A stretch of 64,000 nt of DNA from an uncultured Candidatus Saccharibacteria bacterium (GTDB lineage: Bacteria; Patescibacteriota; Dojkabacteria; SC72), in NCBI GenBank assembly GCA_964610125.1, contig CAZSUV010000001.1:45599-109598 (forward strand), in the 5' to 3' direction. A program made the translations under genes and the position numbers. The notes beneath the pieces are model-generated. The model ran no database searches. It was not told the DNA's origin and saw only the letters and a program-made list of their open reading frames with translations. The first letter of the stretch is position 1, and each line of letters starts with the position of its first letter. Shown here one piece after another: positions 58,218 through 64,000 of the stretch.

Positions 58218-60905
58218 ATGGGAAAGGGTAAGAAGCCAAAAGGTGAAGAAGAGGTATTAGGTCAAATATTTGACTTCATATTTAAGGAGGCTAAAAAAAA
58301 GCCAGATAAACGTAAACCTCTCAAATTCACAGGAATTTCTACTTCTAAGGAGGTAGTTGATGGATTAGCTGCTGCTTTGGAGCAACCTGGAATGTATGTT
58401 ACAGACCAAATACTCTCAAATATGAATGATGCTTTGACTATTGAATTTGGGAGAATAAATGCTGACGAAAGTGGTACAAACAAAGCAAAGCTCACAACAA
58501 CAAGCTTAATCGGTTTTCTTGATGACCCAAATAAGTTTTTTGATAAACCTAAGAATGCTGCGAAGATGGGGATTAGGGAAGCAACAAAAGCAGCCTTTTT
58601 GGGAAGAGTTCATCAAGGGTTAGTGGCTAATGCTTGGGCACATAAATATAATTTAGATCTTGATGCTAAAAAGGCAATACGAATGCATTACCAGGCAGAT
58701 AGCTCGGGAAGAGAAGCTGAAGCTGGAAGGGCTTTTGCGTCTGCATCTGCATTCGCCATAAGTGGAGGAGACGATAACTCAAGAAAAAATTATGTTGCAA
58801 GTAGAAGTGCGGCTTTAGTGGGAAGGGAGATGTTTGGTAGGAGTGGTTGGGAATCTATGAGTGAAGAAAGAAAGGCAGAATTACAAAAGGCAATTATTAG
58901 AGGAAAGGATGCAGTAAAAGATTACCTTGGGACAACATACACAGGTTCTAGTGCTCGCTTAGCAGGAATGGCATTGTCGAAATATGATTTATTATCAAAA
59001 ACGCTTAATAAACCAATAGACGTTTTTGATAACAAAACGTATAACTCTTTAGAAGCTCGAAATCTCGAAGGTCGTATTGAAGATATGAGAATGTATTTAC
59101 GTCGAAATCCTGGAATGAGTATTAATGATAAAGCTAAAGTTGAAGCAGGAATTGATAAATTAGGACAAGCATTGGTAATTGTATCTGGGAATCATGTAGA
59201 TTTGGGTGATATTAATGCCGCAAAAATTGCACTACAAAGTAAAATCTCGGGTTACAAAAGTTCACTATCTGCAGCTCAAAAGGCCGGAGATAAAAATCAA
59301 ATCAAATATTACAAAGAACAAATCCGTAATCTAAAAGAAGGAGATAGAGAATTAAATAATATGCGTTTTTGGGGAACCATTGGAAAGTATGAAGGATTGG
59401 CAGGATCGTTGAAAGATGTATTAGGAGAGGGGTTGGCACCGAATGCGATTACAAGTGTTCTGGATGGCTCGTTTTATGATAAGTATAGGAACTCATTTGC
59501 TTTGCCTGTTACAGATAAAAATAAAGGGAAATTTGGTTCGTATTCGTGGTATTTAAAAGATGAAAAAGGAGTAAAAAAGTTAGAGAAACATGATGAAGAA
59601 ATTACAATATTAACTGCAGATTTGGCAGATTTATCAAAACTTACAGGAGCAGCAAGGAATAAAGCTGCAATGAGAAACAATTTTAATGTGATGATGACAA
59701 ATATATATTATCTTACACCACGTTCAATTCTGAGAACTTTATTTGTAAATGGAGAAGGCTTTGTATATTTATCATATAAAACCTCACAAAATGCTCTCGC
59801 AAAACTTGGAAAGGCAGGATTAGATTTTGACAAATTAATGAAGGATGGTGCGTACAGAAAATCACTAAGGGCTATGGGAGTAGACGCAAATAGTTTATAT
59901 TTAACCCGCGGATTGGCTCAAATATTTTCATTCGGACAACGAAAGAGAGATATGATCAAAACTTGGATGGATGATCATCTATTTAAACAATTAAGACAAA
60001 AGATATATAACAGCCTAATCAAAAAAATAACAGATACGGAAGCTTTAGCATTATTAGAGAAATGGTTAGTGAAAGGAGGCTTCGAGACTATAGCAAAGGC
60101 TTTGGTTATAGGTATTTTAGATGCCTTAGGAATAGCTGCAACTGGAGGTCTAGGATCATTCCTAGTGCCAATATTAAGCGCTCTAGTAGTAGACGTACTA
60201 TATGGAGCTGTAAAAATCATTGCTCAAGTTATATTACTAGTTGGCTTGGGAATGATAGGGTTCATAATATTAGGATTTTCAAATGACAAGAAAAACTTTG
60301 ATTCTCAAACCTATGCATACACTAATGTCGTACCTGGCGAAGTCGTCACTAATCCAAACTTCAAAGGAACTAGTCCAATTGTTCAACCCGATGATCCAAG
60401 TAATATTGGGAACTTCGTAGGTGGAACTCTTCCAGACGGAGAAAAATGTCTCTTGGGCTCCGGTAGCTTCCATTGTTCTCAAGGACCATATGGAAGTTAT
60501 TCACACCAAAAAGTCGCAGCAATAGATGTCACAGGTGTTAACTATTTCTATGCCCCAGCTTTCTGTGGAAACAATAATTGTAAAGTAACATATTCAGGAT
60601 CTACATCCTGTACCAATGGCTATGCAGGAGGAATGATGATATTCACTGCTTCATACGGAGGAAATACATACGAATTTAAGCTCATACACGTACAACCAGG
60701 AGCTGGAAATGGAGCAACACTCTCTTCTGGGCAACGTGTAGCAAGAGTAATGACTGTACAAGAAACTACAAATGCTTGCTCCTCTGGAATGCATCTGCAT
60801 TTACAAACGAAGATGAATGGAAGTGTTGTGAACCCAAGAGATGTATTAAGCAACAGCACTTCTAGTGGAGGGTTCTCATGTAGCGTAAGTGTATGTGATC
60901 CATAA
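58218..60905 (+). CDS. Large helical membrane protein with C-terminal M23-like peptidase domain
   Basis: Long K/A-rich helical region, Gly/Ala-rich TM segments, then SH..AID, LIHV and SSGMHLHLQ..NP (M23-type H..D / HxH). Confidence 0.72.
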   Translation: MGKGKKPKGEEEVLGQIFDFIFKEAKKKPDKRKPLKFTGISTSKEVVDGLAAALEQPGMYVTDQILSNMNDALTIEFGRINADESGTNKAKLTTTSLIGFLDDPNKFFDKPKNAAKMGIREATKAAFLGRVHQGLVANAWAHKYNLDLDAKKAIRMHYQADSSGREAEAGRAFASASAFAISGGDDNSRKNYVASRSAALVGREMFGRSGWESMSEERKAELQKAIIRGKDAVKDYLGTTYTGSSARLAGMALSKYDLLSKTLNKPIDVFDNKTYNSLEARNLEGRIEDMRMYLRRNPGMSINDKAKVEAGIDKLGQALVIVSGNHVDLGDINAAKIALQSKISGYKSSLSAAQKAGDKNQIKYYKEQIRNLKEGDRELNNMRFWGTIGKYEGLAGSLKDVLGEGLAPNAITSVLDGSFYDKYRNSFALPVTDKNKGKFGSYSWYLKDEKGVKKLEKHDEEITILTADLADLSKLTGAARNKAAMRNNFNVMMTNIYYLTPRSILRTLFVNGEGFVYLSYKTSQNALAKLGKAGLDFDKLMKDGAYRKSLRAMGVDANSLYLTRGLAQIFSFGQRKRDMIKTWMDDHLFKQLRQKIYNSLIKKITDTEALALLEKWLVKGGFETIAKALVIGILDALGIAATGGLGSFLVPILSALVVDVLYGAVKIIAQVILLVGLGMIGFIILGFSNDKKNFDSQTYAYTNVVPGEVVTNPNFKGTSPIVQPDDPSNIGNFVGGTLPDGEKCLLGSGSFHCSQGPYGSYSHQKVAAIDVTGVNYFYAPAFCGNNNCKVTYSGSTSCTNGYAGGMMIFTASYGGNTYEFKLIHVQPGAGNGATLSSGQRVARVMTVQETTNACSSGMHLHLQTKMNGSVVNPRDVLSNSTSSGGFSCSVSVCDP

Positions 60906-60922
60906 TTTGAAAAATATTAATA

Positions 60923-61900
60923 ATGGATAAAAAGAAAAAGATTGTCTTAATTGTAATCATAGGAATATTTGTAATAGCCTTGATTATCGCCTTGTACTTT
61001 GTGTTCAAATCACAAACCAATCCATATCCCAAGGAAGCCATTAAACAAGAATCACTCAATTCGACCACTGAAACCATTGCCCTGGGGGATACAGATATTG
61101 AATCATCAGATGGTTACCTATACACCGTCTCCAAAACCGTTATGGTTGAAAAAGTAGCAGAATTTGCGTACAGCCTTAGTCCCAAACTCATACAAACAAT
61201 CAATGAAAAAGGATCTTACTATGAATGGCGTAATGGAGAGGATTATGTAATCTACGAACTTGAACAAAATACCGTTATCTTTGCTTTAAAACAGGGTGTA
61301 ATTTGGAATGAAGCTAGTATCAATGGATACTCATTCACTCAATTTTCAAAGAATTACTTTGGAAAAAACTGGACATATACAACCGCGGAAAGCGAAAAAC
61401 AACCAAGTGGAGAAACAATATACTATGCAAAAAGACAGATCGAGGGAATAAATGTGGAAATGGTTTTAAACAATCAGTCTACTGACTATCTGGCTATAAA
61501 AAACGGAAAAATAGTATATGGTAAAATCCTGTTATCAGATTTTGTAAAAGTAGAAGGCAAACTTCCATTAATTAGTTCAGAAGATTTAGATAAATACCTC
61601 AACCTTGAAAGCTACCCTAAGGAAATATATCCAGAATATGGTCCAATACAAAATACGATACTATCAGCAGTTGATTACAAAAGCGAAGATTTCGATACAA
61701 TAGCGAAATCTATGACAAATTGTAAGAGCTTATCATCTAGCATAATATATCTTTACAAATCTCTTAACCAAGGCAATCTAACCCCTGTATACAAACTTGA
61801 CTTGCAGTGTGAGCTAACGTACAAAGATACGATATATACAATCCCTGCAATAGGGTACGTTAATGCAATTGATCCTAAATACGTATCTACCGCGGAGTAA
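60923..61900 (+). CDS. Hypothetical N-terminally anchored membrane protein
   Basis: KKKK followed by a TM helix and a ~295-aa ectodomain. Confidence 0.7.
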   Translation: MDKKKKIVLIVIIGIFVIALIIALYFVFKSQTNPYPKEAIKQESLNSTTETIALGDTDIESSDGYLYTVSKTVMVEKVAEFAYSLSPKLIQTINEKGSYYEWRNGEDYVIYELEQNTVIFALKQGVIWNEASINGYSFTQFSKNYFGKNWTYTTAESEKQPSGETIYYAKRQIEGINVEMVLNNQSTDYLAIKNGKIVYGKILLSDFVKVEGKLPLISSEDLDKYLNLESYPKEIYPEYGPIQNTILSAVDYKSEDFDTIAKSMTNCKSLSSSIIYLYKSLNQGNLTPVYKLDLQCELTYKDTIYTIPAIGYVNAIDPKYVSTAE

Positions 61901-61919
61901 ACTGTGATACAATAGGTCT

Positions 61920-63092
61920 ATGAAATCACTCTTCAAACTCATTTTTACACTCATTCTTTTGCTAATACCAGCAAAGATTTTTGCATACACAATCAACACT
62001 GTAACAGATCAAAAGTTTGATGCTACAATTGCGGATCAAACACAAACAAAGTATGTAACCCCAACTACCATATATATATCCCAAATCACTACAACCTCTC
62101 CAGAGCTACAAAAAAATCCATCGCTTTGGGTCAAAACCTTGTATTACTATTCCATAACCAGATTACATTTCGCAGACCTCCCATACAACTACCTTGTTGA
62201 TACTAATGGGGCAATATATGAAGGCCGAAGTGGAGGTATAGGGGCAAACCCAGAGCTCAGAGATGCTCAAGGAAGCATCTTGATAGGATACCTCTCCAAT
62301 GATTCCATACTAACCAATAGGGCATCTACATCACTTCGAAGTCTTGTAGATTCAATTGCTTCAACCTGGGGAATAGCAAACCTCTCCGTAGTAAAGCTAA
62401 CCATCTCTCAACAAGAAGGACAATTAAGCAAATTAGTACCAGAAGAACTAACTGGAGAATTTAAACAATCAGTCTTAGATACATTCTCAGGATGGACAGG
62501 ATATACCACTGAGAAACTTACGTACAAAGCGAAAATAGAGGAAGTAACTTACAACAAAGAAGTAACCATAGGGTCAAAATTACATGTAACGGTAAAAGTA
62601 AAAAATCTGAATGATTTCACCTGGTTAACAGACAAAAACCCAATATATATATCAGCCAAAGACGTAAAACAAAGCAGATTTGCCATAAATGGGGTATGGG
62701 ATAGCTTCACAAAACCAACACATATCTCGGATAAAGCAATTAAGTCCGGAGAAACAGCTACATTTGAATTTGATCTTTCAGCTCAAATAGCACCAGGCGA
62801 AACATTTGAAAAATTCGTAGTGCAAAAATTTGATGCTCAACCATTTGCAGAAACTGAGTTTGAAGTAAAATTCAATATTGTAAAAGGAGACAAAACATTA
62901 GTACAGGTATCTTCTTCCGAATATGGATTTGCAAATATTCGAGAATGCCAATGGTATAGTTGTAAGATAATAGATACTGTAGATAACGGAGTGGTATACA
63001 TACTCCTTGCTGAAGAGAACGGTTGGATGAAGATTCAGTACACTGAAAATACAGTAGGATGGGTATTCTCTAGATACATGAAAAAGATTTAA
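61920..63092 (+). CDS. Secreted PGRP/Amidase_2-like + Ig-like + SH3b protein
   Basis: Signal ending IFA; FADLPYNYLVDTNGAIYEGR; VKVKNLNDFTW Ig-like domain; ANIR...ENGWMKI...GWVFSRY SH3b domain. Confidence 0.78.
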   Translation: MKSLFKLIFTLILLLIPAKIFAYTINTVTDQKFDATIADQTQTKYVTPTTIYISQITTTSPELQKNPSLWVKTLYYYSITRLHFADLPYNYLVDTNGAIYEGRSGGIGANPELRDAQGSILIGYLSNDSILTNRASTSLRSLVDSIASTWGIANLSVVKLTISQQEGQLSKLVPEELTGEFKQSVLDTFSGWTGYTTEKLTYKAKIEEVTYNKEVTIGSKLHVTVKVKNLNDFTWLTDKNPIYISAKDVKQSRFAINGVWDSFTKPTHISDKAIKSGETATFEFDLSAQIAPGETFEKFVVQKFDAQPFAETEFEVKFNIVKGDKTLVQVSSSEYGFANIRECQWYSCKIIDTVDNGVVYILLAEENGWMKIQYTENTVGWVFSRYMKKI

Positions 63093-63107
63093 TCCTAAAA
63101 TCATATT

Positions 63108-64000
63108 ATGAAACTCGAAAAAATTCTTGGAGGTTTAAATCCAGAACAAAAAAAAGCGGTTCAATGTACAGACGGTCCACTCCTTGTTTTTGCTGGAGCT
63201 GGATCTGGGAAAACACGCGTAATCACAAGTAGAATTGCATACCTCATAAGTGAGAAAAATGTTAAACCAGAAAATATCCTTGCAGTAACATTTACTAAAA
63301 AAGCTGCAGGAGAAATGTTGGAAAGAATAAAAAATATACTTCAAGACATTGGCGCAGATATTGAAGATCTACCATCAGTAGGAACTTTTCACTCAATAGG
63401 GGCACTCTTTTTAAGACATAACGCTAAGGCAGTAGGATTAACCAACAATTTTTCCATCTATGATTCTGATGATAGTGAAAACCTCATAAAAGAATTAATG
63501 CTAGAAAGACAGATAGATATAAAACAGATAAAGCCACAATCAGTATCATATTTCATAAGTGCAGCTAAAAATGAAATGGTGTCCCCAGAAACATTTGGAT
63601 CCCACTATGGAGGATATATAGAAGATATTGTTGCAGATATATATCCTGCATATCAGAAACAGCTTAAGATACAGAACTCTGTAGATTTCGGTGACCTTCT
63701 GTATCTAACAGTAAAAATGTTAGAAGAAAATGAAGAAGTACGAAAATACTACCAAGAAAAATATCAATATCTTCTAATTGATGAGTATCAGGACACTAAT
63801 CAGGCACAATACAAATTTGCAAGATTACTTTCTGAAAAACACCAAAATATCTGCGTAGTTGGAGATGATGATCAAGGAATCTATGCATGGAGAGGTGCAG
63901 ATATTAAAAATATTCAATCCTTTGAAGATGATTTTTCAAAAGTTACTGTAATCAAACTTGAACAAAACTATCGCTCTACCAAAAATGTCATCTCTGCAGC
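63108..64000 (+). CDS. pcrA: UvrD/PcrA helicase, 3'-truncated by the window edge
   Basis: MKLEKILGGLNPEQKKAV...AGAGSGKT, AVTFTKKAA, GTFHS, IDEYQDTN, VGDDDQ and LEQNYRS. Read from the sequence; not in the ORF track. Confidence 0.93.
   Translation, partial: MKLEKILGGLNPEQKKAVQCTDGPLLVFAGAGSGKTRVITSRIAYLISEKNVKPENILAVTFTKKAAGEMLERIKNILQDIGADIEDLPSVGTFHSIGALFLRHNAKAVGLTNNFSIYDSDDSENLIKELMLERQIDIKQIKPQSVSYFISAAKNEMVSPETFGSHYGGYIEDIVADIYPAYQKQLKIQNSVDFGDLLYLTVKMLEENEEVRKYYQEKYQYLLIDEYQDTNQAQYKFARLLSEKHQNICVVGDDDQGIYAWRGADIKNIQSFEDDFSKVTVIKLEQNYRSTKNVISA

Noticed and set aside
1-64000. Alternative genetic code (UGA=Gly, as in Gracilibacteria/Absconditabacteria)
   Set aside because: Conserved genes translate full-length under code 11 and use GGN for Gly.

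Overview
This is a gene-dense, AT-rich chromosomal segment using the standard code 11. It most likely comes from a Patescibacteria/CPR bacterium (Dojkabacteria/WS6-like). That assignment is an inference from the short IF2, short AlaRS, protease-less Lon, PrgI/VirB4 locus and many FN3/Ig surface proteins. Housekeeping genes include folD, glyA, dcd, sufS, recF, lepA, rpsT, holA, mltG, ruvX, alaS, dnaJ, aspS, nusA, infB, rpsO, pnp, an RsmB/F-family gene, rsmE and pcrA. They are interleaved with a split T4SS-like apparatus (PrgI/VirB4 at 12-16 kb; VirB6-like and M23 at 56-61 kb), a sortase with three (L/T)PSTG-tailed candidate substrates, and small pockets of accessory genes. Two features read directly from the DNA stand out. 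(1) Accessory pockets are bracketed by mirror-image synonymous-site skew: G/T-rich on the + strand to the left and A/C-rich to the right, regardless of gene orientation. Examples are 48 consecutive G/T-ending codons in both dnaJ and recF, and 88 of the first 100 aspS codons ending in A/C. This suggests a strand-polar mutational footprint at recombination or insertion hotspots. (2) Many genes have a leaderless architecture, TGnTAnnnT-N5-8-ATG, with no Shine-Dalgarno. I saw no tRNA, rRNA, CRISPR array, transposase, integrase or reverse transcriptase.
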